From: Tubulanus polymorphus
Taxonomy: Eukaryota > Animalia > Nemertea
Assembly: GCF_964204645.1 (NCBI RefSeq)
Contig: NC_134026.1
Location: 21,610,150 to 21,674,149, forward strand
DNA: 64,000 bases
Reading direction: 5' to 3'
Part shown: one piece after another, positions 1-52,301 of the stretch
Numbering within the stretch: the stretch's first letter is position 1
Layout: the number at the start of each line of letters is the position of its first letter
Made by a program: the position numbers and the translations under genes
Notes under the pieces: model-generated
What the model was told of the DNA's origin: nothing
What the model saw: only the letters and a program-made list of their open reading frames with translations
Databases searched by the model: none

Positions 1-1170
1 ACAGTAGGTCGTCGCCTCTGCTTCGATGCTGGGAATCAATGACAGAGCTACTGTAGCCAAAAGAACGATAAAAAAATACTTCATTTTTCATCAGATGATG
101 ACGTACCAAAAATGAAAATGGCAGGTTAATGTACAATCATATACTTATATAGTTTTTGAGACCATTTCCTGGAGATCCATCTGACAAATTTACACGATTA
201 CATATATCTATATGGCAAATCAGATTAACATAAAAATCTTCGATGATGAAATACTTGCACGTACGATTGATATTTCAATGTGTATCCTGCAACTTTTTCT
301 TTCAGATCGGTGTACATGTTATGATAGATACGCGTGCAAGCCAGTTTGGGATGGAAAATGTTTACAGTTTTGTTTTTATTTCGTGGTTTATGTAGACAGC
401 TTATTGTAGACACCAAGTAACTACGAAGGTTCTCCATTCTCGATTTATGACACATCTATACTGTTAAAATTGAAATTTTGAGTATTTGAAGAAGTAAATA
501 CATACATGAAATCACATTCCCTCGTGGGAATATCACAGTTATTGATCTACAGTGGCTCTGTGATGCAGTACGTGTGGGGACATACTTACTTAAATCAAGA
601 AAATCTATGTTTTAACTCGCCAAATCGGATTTTCTTTTATACAGAAAATTCGTCTTGTATAAAATTAAGCTTAAGGCCCGAATCGACCATCATACAACGC
701 ATAGCGAAACACATTAATCTCGTCAGATATGGATAGAGATATCCATAGATATGTTTCATGCTTTCAGAGCAGATTGTCCAAGCGAAGGCCCTTTTCGATT
801 GTGCTCTTCCGGAAGATCTACTTTCTCTTTCGATTATCGCGTCTTGAGTTTCTGCCAATTCATCCTCCAAAATCTAAAAAATCATCTTAGCTTACTTCGG
901 GTTCCACTTTTCATCCGTTGGCCTTATGTCCGTCCGTCGGTAGACGGAATCCAGTTATTTTGGGAAGTTTTGAAGACGCTCCTATGGATTTTCTTGATAT
1001 TTGGTTTATACATGTATCTACCTTAGATACATACCTCAGATGCCAATATGAGTAATAATAGACTAGGCTCGAACCTGGGACACCCCTGGTTATCCTCTAA
1101 TAACCACCCTCACGCAGAAGCCATCTATCCATCACTAATCATTCACAAATAAACTAGACAAGAAATAGTA

Positions 1171-1190
1171 TTTATTACACATTTTTTATT
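1171..1190 (-). terminator. Candidate polyadenylation signals of Slit (3'UTR of about 2 kb)
   Basis: Two TTTATT (AATAAA on minus) at 1171 and 1185, at the end of an AU-rich stretch. Confidence 0.4.
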
Positions 1191-2387
1191 AGAAGAGATG
1201 TATCGTAATTCCTAGTTAATCATTGCGCAAGGCAGCAATTTGAACAACTATACGATGTTTATAATATATATATATATATACACACAAGCACCTGATATTT
1301 TACTATATAATTAATCATTTATCATTAAGATTACTATAGATGATGTAATTTTGTACAACTGGAGTATTCGTAGGTAAACACACATTATTTTATTATACGA
1401 CGTACAATCCACAATTTGAATGAGAATCAATTGGACTTTTTAGTCAATTTATGCTTTTTCATCGTATCATCCAAACTTCAGGTTTTTCAATGATGATTCT
1501 TAACATACATTAGTAGAACGAAGAAACTTAGACAGATGCTCTTTTAGGTTATTTCAATTATTAGTTCAAGTAACATTATTCATTTATCGTCAATAACAAG
1601 CTACAGTTTTTTTTTTCTAAAATATACTAATATAACTTATGTACAATGTTTTTCACTTTTCATCTGCACCATTTTCAACAACAATTTATTCAGAAGCGAT
1701 TTGTTATTTTCGGTAGAAATTGAAAGTTGAAGTCAGTCAATCTCCGCAACCAGTTGCTTGGTTCATAAAGCAAACCAGATTATTTGGAGCTGATGAAATT
1801 AGTAGTTCAGTTTACTGGCAATCAAATCGGATTATGTATATATCATGTAGTACAATTCCATATCGAAGTGCAGAAGATCAAAATCCTTATCAAACGTTTT
1901 AACCATTGAATTCTATTGGTATTTTGAATTGCATTGAAATATCTCAACTTTTTTTCTTTAATTCTCAACTTCTCTCAAAAATTTCCACTCAAACGCTTTC
2001 ATCAAAAGTTTCAAATCATTTAAGTGGTTAACTCGCATTAAAGGATTTTAACATTTCCTTCCTTCAGCAATATCATTTAACTTAACGAAATTATACATCA
2101 ATTTCTGTTATGCAGGTACCAACCCGCAGCCAAAAACCACCCCTTCGTGACATTTACCGAAAGTAGGAAGTCTTGTCTTGATGATCAATTTTGTTAGTGT
2201 AGGAACAAAACGTCTGATCTTTGTAGTTGAATTAATTTTGTTAGTTTACTTTCAATCAAAAATGCCCTAGTAGACCTCCACAGTGATCAAGAATTGGAAG
2301 AATTGTGATACAGTTTCATTTGTTTGGGGAGAAGGGGTAAGTTCAGGCTGCGATAACATAATCAAAGAATTTCATCAGTGTGCAAAC

Positions 2388-2394
2388 GTAGTAA

Positions 2395-2429
<35 letters not shown>

Positions 2430-2443
2430 GTAGTAGTAGTAGT
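2388..2443. repeat. (TAG)n microsatellite
   Basis: Seen directly, in the putative Slit 3'UTR. Confidence 0.95.
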
Positions 2444-2678
2444 CATCCTAAAATCATAACACTTTCTCCATGTTATCATATCTAAATTTACAGGTTACAA
2501 TATCAACGTTAAAATTACAATACACGTTACAATCATTTTATCGATATACGACGTACGGCATACAATTTCTATGGAGAGGTAATTCATAATAGGACTAAAA
2601 GACAAAGAAATGCGTACGTTTTGCTCATATACATAACTTCATATATGTATACTTCTTTTTCCTCTTTTCGTTTCATCC

Positions 2679-2679
<1 letters not shown>

Positions 2680-2709
<30 letters not shown>
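2680..2709. repeat. (CT)15 microsatellite
   Basis: Seen directly, in the putative Slit 3'UTR. Confidence 0.95.
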
Positions 2710-2710
<1 letters not shown>

Positions 2711-3174
2711 AAAATGATGATCGATGTCGAGGAAGTTTTCTCCCAAGAATAGCTGTGTGCGTGTTTGTTCTCTTTATTCCTACTAGATTCCGTTTATCTC
2801 TCTCTCGTGTTGATAAAAACAAGTATTTGACGACACCGAACGAACGCAAAATTTTCGCGTTCCTCGCGCGTGAAATTATGTAACACGTTCGACAACAGTT
2901 CACTTGTGCGACGACTTATCGGATAATGCTGCTCAAACGCAGTTCATTTCCTCGCTGAAGTCGAAACGCACATGATCACTTCGCTCGTCGAGCTACGAAT
3001 CCGTTCGCTTTTCAGAAAGAAAGTTTCATACATTCACTTTTTTTTATTAGTAGGTAGTAATAGTTACGTAAAGTAAGTCTGTTTGAATGCCCAGCAGTTC
3101 GCGTGCGTGCGCGTGCGATCGTGGCGGTGACTGCCTTTTTTTTCGATTGAAAGTTCGCCTATCTAAAAAGCGTC

Positions 3175-43589
<40,415 letters not shown>

Positions 43590-46500
43590 TATTAGCAATA
43601 TCAGCTATCTGAAGACATCAGAATAAATTCGTTCTTTGATATAAATCCACCATGAAAAATGAACACTTTTTTCTAACGTTTGTTTATAAACGTTTGTATG
43701 TGAACAATTTGTTTTCTGTTAACAATCCGTCCAAGCGAACATTCTAATCGTGCTAAACACTTTTATAAGCAAATTCTGTCACCGCGATTGTCAACGAAAT
43801 CGAGACGAAATACGAACGTTTCGATTTTCAGAAATTTGTCGCATTTGTAAACAAAAAACAAACAGTTATCCCGACGGGGTTTATTCGTTTTGTTCGAAAG
43901 GAAATGTTTCGCGAATAATAATTTCCATTCATTCGCGTTCCCGCTACCCTTTATCGTAGTCGCTTTCCAACTGATACTAAACGACAGCACATGTCCTAAT
44001 GGAAGCCACATTCACGCTATGAGGGAAGGCAGGTGGTATACGTGAATGTCGACTCCCTCTGGCGGTAACGTACACTAAGAGTATGGCTTCCTCGCGAATT
44101 GGCCTTCTTATGGTGTTACAAAGTCTTTAATGTCGCAAAACCATCCATTTTATTCGATTATTTGCCCGGAATGAAGTGTACGCAACGTCTATGGGCGCGG
44201 GTTTTACTCTCTAAGCCCCTGCGGCAACTTTCACCGTTGTGAATTGTTATCGGGTTAAAGCAAAGTATCTCGATCTGAATGAATTTCCGTCTTTACGTCG
44301 CGATACGCCCATAATCGGCTAGCACGAAGCCGAAACGATATGGGAAAATCAAGACGAAAATTGCTTTTTATATACGTAGTGATTTTGAAAAAGAAAATAA
44401 CAAACCACCTCACAGATTCTCTAGATCATAATCGGTAGTGCATGAAGCTATTAGTATTACTACCATATGTGTCGCCTTCATTAACGCAATATCTATCGAC
44501 ATCTACTTTTCATGGGCATATTTCATTTTTTGCTACTCCATCAATGTTGAAATACGCCATGGGATGATCAAATATTAAGTAACATCAAGTCTATTTTACA
44601 CATCTTTTTTGTATCGTGCAACTTACTGGAAAAATTCGTATTTGTATTCAAATAGTGACCATTTCCCTAAGGATGACCAATCAAAACGTGTTTCCAAAAC
44701 GTCGTAAGTTCAAAATGCTATTCGTTTATCTCGACTTTCAATTTCCGATTTTCAACCAAAAATGTCAAGCTGTTTGTATGTAGATTTACGTTGAGGAGAC
44801 CACTTCTGGTATTAGCTGTTGAGAAGACAAGCAGATGAGTTCACGGAACTCGGCTGCCGATAATCTGGTTTCTCATTGTTGTTTTCCAGGTGGTTCCACT
44901 GTCCTGACGAAAAAAGGGTTTTTATACTGGTCGTTGTTTGTACGCGGGACAACGAATCCGCGGGTGTTATTTACAACGTTTCTTTCCACGGGATTTGAGC
45001 TTTCGTAAAATCGGATAGCGCTATGATAAACGAATTGAAGCATATTGATCAGATACATCATAATGATCGTCGTGACCTCTTACTTCCGCTAGCCGCTTAC
45101 GCTTGACGGCTGATATGCCACGTTACGGTGAAGGGACTTTTGGATATTCTTTGTAAGTCCATCAGGTGGCGACCTAGTGAAAAAGACTTCGCAACGAAAC
45201 GCCAAGACCTTGGTCGTTACGAACAACTCGCAAAACATTTGGTCTAGAATAAACCTGTGTCTAAAGTTGCTTTTTGCGTTATTTTTGCTTAAGTGGTAGT
45301 GGTAAGCCCTTCGTTAATTTGCGATGTGATGTTTGAACCGTACATGTATGCAACTTTGCTAGGAGACAAAGGAATGTGAAAACGAAGAAATAATGTGGCA
45401 TAAATCCATATCCTACCCGTTCGGGAACGGCCGCCGGAAATTTTTGATTTATCATTTCCAAAAGGAAAACGTCGCTCGTGTATAACCTGCCATCTTTTGT
45501 TTTGGAATGGTATCAATTTATATCGTTGTTATCAGATTGTCCGACAGTCGTCTTTACCTGGGCTTCGAGAAAGCCTAACACGATTTACAGTGGACCTGAC
45601 GTCTATAATTCCAAAAGCGTAACTTTATACAAATTCGGATTGGGTGTAATTCACTTTAGCCTGTATATGACATTAAATGAAATGGGAAATACTATGATTC
45701 TCTTTTTCATTACTATCCAAATATTTGAGCTATGAATTGACTCCGCTTAAGTTGGACCTTTTGGGACCGTAAATCAGTCCAACTTGAAGTTGGATGTTGT
45801 GTATTATATAGTGTCACAAAAATGTTTCGACGAACGTCCGATTAGATCGGATCCGACTCGGCATATACGTCATGACGAGTTTTCGCAGAAGGCATGATCG
45901 CCGAAAGGCGGCTCAATGATATGGCATTAACAAAAATTGTAGAACGATTAACCGCCTGAAATACTATTGAAGGGATCGGTCAAACAGTGACGCAGCTGTA
46001 AACCTATGGAATTTGTGAAATTAAGCGAACAATTAATCAAAATATGACATGAAAAATGCGTTCGATGGCTCATTAATGGTTTTCCAGACAGAAGATAACC
46101 GGTTTCAACCATAAAGTTCATCATCCTATTGACAAAACGCTATTCGCAATGAAATTGTGGAATTGCTTATTCCATGTATAAACATCTTGTATCGAGCGAT
46201 CTCTTTCGATATTCTTAAATCTTTTTTTCATTTCAAAAAGTCACTATTGTATCCTAATTACCTAAGAAAATGAAAAATTAATGTTGATTCCTCGTTTTTA
46301 AATCGATACTGAATCAATTTGTGCTTTGATTTTAGTGTGGTCCATTACTTTATCCATAGAAAGTCGCCTCGGTTCCATGTGTCGTAGTAGGACACATAAA
46401 TCAGTGAATGATGGAAAGTGAAATCCAAAAATGGTAAAAAATGAAAAAATCTAGTCGATGCTACATCAATAAACGCCATATTTGAGAACTGCTTTAGATG

Positions 46501-47732
46501 TAATGAAAAGATGGGGAATACGGACATCGTGGACCCCATTGTTTTTCAGTTACTCCATTCGGAATGTGGGGAATTTCACGCCGTACAACGACTTTTTATT
46601 TTCTACGTGAGACGTATATATACGAAAGAATCTCGATCACTTTTGAACGTAATTGTTCACGAATTGATTTTCTCGAAACAGGTGTGAGTGCCTTGGTGTG
46701 ACTGACCCTGTGTTCGACTTTAATTCAAAGTGCAGTTATGAGACTTTTTCACATGGTATAAAATTATCTCATTTCCCAATATGTTTAGATGAAATTATGT
46801 ACTTCTATTTGATCAATCTAATATACTGAATATCCTGGAATTATCATATTTCCTATGTTGAATGTTTTTGTCATGTAACTTGTATGTATGAATGGGGCGT
46901 GAATGTGAGTGCGTGGGCGACTGGGCCTCTCAGGTAATAAGTTTATTTTAACTTCACCTGTCGTCCAACGTCCTATTTTACAATATTTTGTACTAATTCC
47001 TACTACTTTATATTGTAATTTAATTCGTAAATAAAACATTAATTGATTATATGTATAACAACAGCATTCGACACACAATTCATAAGGCGAAGCCACGATA
47101 ATATGCCACGTTATGCAGTCTAACATTTGATTTCGTTTCAAAATTGAGATATTTTTACGGCGCACATTCCAAACGCATGAAATGGCATGTCTCGCCAAAA
47201 CGAGTATGATTTTCATTTGAAAATTGCTAAGCGCTCTCAATCAAAGGGATCAGGAATGAACTAGTATAAGCAAGCTAATGTAAGAATTTATATACAATAA
47301 TTTTTATGCCCTGTTTTGAAATGGGAGTTTTCATAAATTACCCGAGTCGATGCATGCACAATTATTGAGACAAAGCAAATCCCCGCCATAATCCGTGGAG
47401 TCGTGCCAAGTAAGTCAAACGATTGCGTATTTCGTTAATAATGTTCATTGCCCGGATGTGTTTGAATGCGTGCCCCGTAGCCATTTGGATTTGAATTGCT
47501 AACCTATAAGAACAGAACGCATAATTTTGAATTCAAATGAAATTATTTGTTCCTGAGACGAAGTTATACATATATACATAAACTACCAATATGTTATATA
47601 TATATACACAACAAGATTGCACAGAGCTAAATTATTCACATAATAACAATCAAAATACTGTGCGTCAGTATTAATAATTAAAGTCTATTTACTCCTGAGT
47701 TATCTTATAGTTTTCATACGTGTGATGATAGT

Positions 47733-48896
47733 TTATTTTTGGTTCGTTCGAAACGAATGACTTCGAACGACATGGTTCTCCGCTAATTGACTGACTCTTG
47801 GACTGCTGTGTTGAGGCGAATTGACGCGCACCGGGTACTCGCTATGAGGTCTGGGCCGCCGAGAAATGTCGGCTCCACCCGGCCTGAGACGAGATTCGGG
47901 CAGAGACTGGTGAAGCGGCGATTCGGTCAGACTGGACGATAAACCCCCGTCGTGAGAATAATAACCGTCGTCGCTGCTTCTAAGTTTCGGGCTATTCTTG
48001 AAGTCCGGTGAAACGTACTGATCGTGGGGCGCGGGTTTTCGATGATGAACATCCGTCGCTAGATTCTCCTTCGATTGTGAGGATTCGTCAACTTTACGTA
48101 TAAACGCTCCGGTCGGGGCGAAACTATTGAATTGCAAAGATTTACGTTTTTTGTGCAGATCGCCACGACTGCGAGAGATAGTGTCATAGTCGACGGGCGG
48201 GAGCAGGATCGGCGCTCCGTCCCTGACTTTAAGCTTTTCGCGCAGTTCGGAATGAATAATGTCGAAAATCGGAGGTTTTTCGTTCGATGGCGTCGACGAA
48301 ATATCTTTAGCCTCAGATCCACTGCCCGTACTGCCAGACGACCCGAAGCTTCGGCGACTACCATTATCACTGGCTGGTAAAGATCGCGAACGTGGCAGAA
48401 TTTGGCCTTGTTCCACTAAATCTCGTTCGATGCGTACAAGTCTTTGACGATGTTCGGGTATGTCGGCCAACTGATTTAGGTGTTGAGCCAACATAGCGGC
48501 CGTTTCGGGCGAATCGCACCGGTAACCGTGGACGTGTACAGCGTTATTAGTCTGGGGATTGTAGCCCAGGTAGATAACACCGACGGTATCGTGATCAGGC
48601 GCCTCTCCCTGACACGCGAATGTCACATCCTTCGCAGGAATCGGCGGATATTTCACTTTTTCGCTTTTCCGCACTCCTCGTCCATTCACGGCTTCTTGTA
48701 TGATTTTCACGTCTTTCTTACTCACTTGAATGGTAATTTTCGTCAACGGAATATTCCTGTTACAGCGCCATTTTTCGACCAGCCCGCCGAGTACGGGAAT
48801 AACGAACTGCCGCCCGTACAAGCCCCGACATTCGTGCCAGCCCAAATAACACACGTAATACTGCGATTTTCTGATATCCTTCATTTTAGCTGCCAT
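47733..48896 (-). CDS. Intronless PTB/PID-domain adaptor protein (resembles the Drosophila CG12581-like PTB family), 387 aa
   Basis: Single long ORF with coding-like GC content. The N-terminal ~140 aa show the PTB pattern (YYVCYLG ... ITIQVSKKDVKI ... VHVHGYRCDSPETAAMLAQHL), followed by a PILLPPVDYDT motif and a Ser/Pro-rich disordered tail. The family assignment is from recalled motifs, not a search. Confidence 0.85.
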   Translation of the reverse strand: MAAKMKDIRKSQYYVCYLGWHECRGLYGRQFVIPVLGGLVEKWRCNRNIPLTKITIQVSKKDVKIIQEAVNGRGVRKSEKVKYPPIPAKDVTFACQGEAPDHDTVGVIYLGYNPQTNNAVHVHGYRCDSPETAAMLAQHLNQLADIPEHRQRLVRIERDLVEQGQILPRSRSLPASDNGSRRSFGSSGSTGSGSEAKDISSTPSNEKPPIFDIIHSELREKLKVRDGAPILLPPVDYDTISRSRGDLHKKRKSLQFNSFAPTGAFIRKVDESSQSKENLATDVHHRKPAPHDQYVSPDFKNSPKLRSSDDGYYSHDGGLSSSLTESPLHQSLPESRLRPGGADISRRPRPHSEYPVRVNSPQHSSPRVSQLAENHVVRSHSFRTNQK

Positions 48897-50184
48897 GCTT
48901 CTTCGTCGAGAAATCTTTATTTAGTAGCCGCTCCCTAGTGCACAAGTCCACGTATAAAGTAAAGGGAACGCTTTGTCGGTGTAATGTATACGCGGTGGCG
49001 GTGTCACGCGAACTGATTTCGACCCGTTACCCTCTACCGGCGTTCATACAGCGAATAGACCAACATTGACGACAAACAGCTGTCACGTGGTTTTACGTAT
49101 TTGCCAAGTAAGGTGATTAATCTTAATACGACGCACCCAAGTACAGCACTTAAATTCAACGCCACGATACCTTTCATAATCGAGGTCCTTGTTATAGTTC
49201 CCAGACCGAATATCCAACGTAGCCTACTTCTGCGATGAATTGTTCCTAACGGTTTTAAGTCCTTTAACAACAGGGTGCTTATGGCGATTTAAAAAAAAAC
49301 AGTTTTAATATTTGTATATGAGCAGTTATATAACAGGTTTAAGTGGGGTTTTCTACAGTTGTTGAGGACCGCTACGAAATCTCAAGAGCAATATGTGAAG
49401 AGTCGCCTTGATACTTCAAGGTTTTCTTCTGGGCGAAAGCAGTTGGGAAATATTTTTTTCCGACGAACATTCACGTTATCCTTGAGCAATTGAATTGAAC
49501 TAAGCACTTTACAGACAGACGATTGAAAAAATTGAAGAAGGTTAAAAAAATTAGGGGAGCATTTCCTTTAAAGACATTTTCATGGGAAATAAATATCAAC
49601 AATAGTACACAAAAACACAGTTGCAAACGGTGTAAAATATCCAAAATGAGAATCAAGTTTCATCTATCTATATAAATAAAAAGACAATGAATATACGTTT
49701 ATATCTGTAGGAGTAAATGGTTACGCCTGAACTAGTTTTCTCACCGCATTTGAACTGAAATATGTAACGTTTTAAGAATAATTCTGCACGTGTTCAAGAA
49801 GTGCGTACATAAAGATATATTTACACAGCTAGTTCTCAACCTTATTTTCATCAATGAACTGTGATATCGGTTATTTCAGGCTAACACAGTCAAAAAACTG
49901 TTAATTAGCGTAACAAAGTTCGCTTTGTGTTGTTGTAAACCTATATGTGTGTACGCTTTCCTCGAGATATTTCCAACGATCCATTCCAGGGGTCTCTATT
50001 CTTGAAATAATCGATAATAAAATCTTTTTATACGCCTCGAGATCCTGTTCTTTATTCTTTCTTAAATCGACGAGCATTTTGTAGGAATGTTACTGCGCAA
50101 ACTTGTCTGTCTTTTGAAGCCATAACAAGGCCCCGTGTGATATATTTGTATTTAATTGAAGTGTAGGCAATAGTAGATATTGAG

Positions 50185-50402
<218 letters not shown>

Positions 50403-51829
50403 TAAATCAAATTATTATTTCAATAAATCAAATTTCATTTCAAGAAATGGACACACTCTGATTTGGATGTACGTACGTAAGAAAAGACATTCCCACTTTT
50501 TATTTGAAATCCTTTGTAAAAAAGATATTCAAATTTTCTTTTAGAAACTCTTAATGAAGAAACCCTCCGAATAGCTCAGAAGCGCTGCAATCACGTTAAT
50601 AGAAAGCCCAACGCACATGCGTGGAAAAATGAAACAGAAACATGTTTCCAAACTGTACTTGTTGTGTCGTGTGCGTTTACGAGAAACGTGCCTTCGGGGA
50701 ACAATGTTTTTTTCTTAACCATTCATCTTTATTTGGAAAACAAAAGCATATACAAATATGAAATTAACCTCGCAAAGCACCTAATATAATGATTTTTCCA
50801 GCGCATTTTGTCGTTCGTCAATAATCTAACATGTTTGATATTTTTCGACCCAGCGCAAAGTAAGCTCTCGTGTGCGGGAAACTCAAGGTGGCATTATGCA
50901 AGGAAAACAATGTTTTAACGATCAAACATGTTTGATTCCGTGTTTCCGTGCTTATGTGATTCCCTACGCCATGTGTGCGAAGTATTTTTTTGCCAAAAAA
51001 GTGTGTGACTTAACTTCAAAAGCAAGTCAATTAAAATATTGCAAGAAATTTCTAAAACATAAGAACGGGAACGTGAAACCTTTGTATCTACGAAGGTTCA
51101 TGAATACTACAGCGTAACGGATTGCGTAATCTAAGCAAAATACTAATTACGTTCATACAGTTGAATATGCAGAAAATTGACGCGAACGTGAAAATTCATG
51201 CACTGCCGCCCCATCGGTTGCCATAGAAACATGATCCTAGAGCCACAGAGTTTAGTCGGGCGTTAAAAACTTGGAGGTTTTTTCAAATAAGCTATTTGTA
51301 AATTACGTTCATTGTTCAAAGATTTCATTTTAATTTTCTTAAGACTTTCATATTATTCGGATACAAACGCTCTACCCACAATTTAGAAACGTGATTTATT
51401 TCTTATCGACCGAAATCAAAAAAGGAATTGAAACGCCGATTGGAAAAAATGTGACACGAATTGGTACGCTGACTGAACGAATCTACGAAATGAGGCTGGT
51501 TGCTGTCGATATTTCCCTAGGGAAGCGATGAAGTAAACAATGTTTAGATGAACCGCGTGTACTACTAGCAAGTACTACAATTCTAATGCGGTGTGCTGAG
51601 AGAATCAATCTACATCAGCCCCGATGACTGAAGTTAATTGAATTAGGTATGCATTCCTATGTATTACTTGACAGGTGATTGTTAATTGACCTATAGAATT
51701 ATTCACTAGAAATCCGATCGCAACCGGTATCTATTTTATCGGCGGTAAGCGATAGTAATTTGTAGAATGTCGTTTGGAGTAAAGGGTCAGACAGGGCGGT
51801 CGTATAGATGATATTTTAGTTAATTCGCG

Positions 51830-52301
51830 ATGACGTCAAGAACAAGGAAATACTGCGTCCAAAGAACGGCTTCGACGAAGGACACGCGGGAGCCGGGAAA
51901 ATTCCGAAAAACTCATGAAGAATTCGTTTGGCGATTGGATCCTAAGTATCAATCGACGAAGCGATGCGCGAGCATGCCGGCGAAATTTCGACAATATCGC
52001 TCGATTGACGAGGATATATTCAACGAATTAAAAGAAAGTTCCGTCGATCCTCTGCCACTACCAATGATCTCACAAAACGGTGGCGAGTCTATTAGTTCAG
52101 AATCATATACCGAAATAACTAATAATTATCAGTACCGCCCGCACAGCAGCAGTCTAGCAAGACGAAGATTCTTCGCAGAAGCCAGCGAGATTCATGAACT
52201 TCCGGAAAAAAGTTGCCACGAAATGGAAACATTTCGAGTCAGTCTGTCGGTTATTCCTTGTACCAATTATAAAATGCGACAATTACACAGTGAATCGAGA
52301 G
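51830..52301 (+). CDS. HSPA12 candidate first coding exon A
   Basis: 157-codon open frame from ATG to an AG|GTAAG phase-1 donor, compatible with the acceptor at 55820. Confidence 0.65.

Noticed and set aside
212-1026. Short ORFs in the first kilobase
   Set aside because: No recognisable motif, and no consistent spliced frame could be built
43590-43598. ORF-track start at 43598 for Slit
   Set aside because: It is a TTG codon. The first in-frame ATG is at 43589 and precedes a typical signal peptide.
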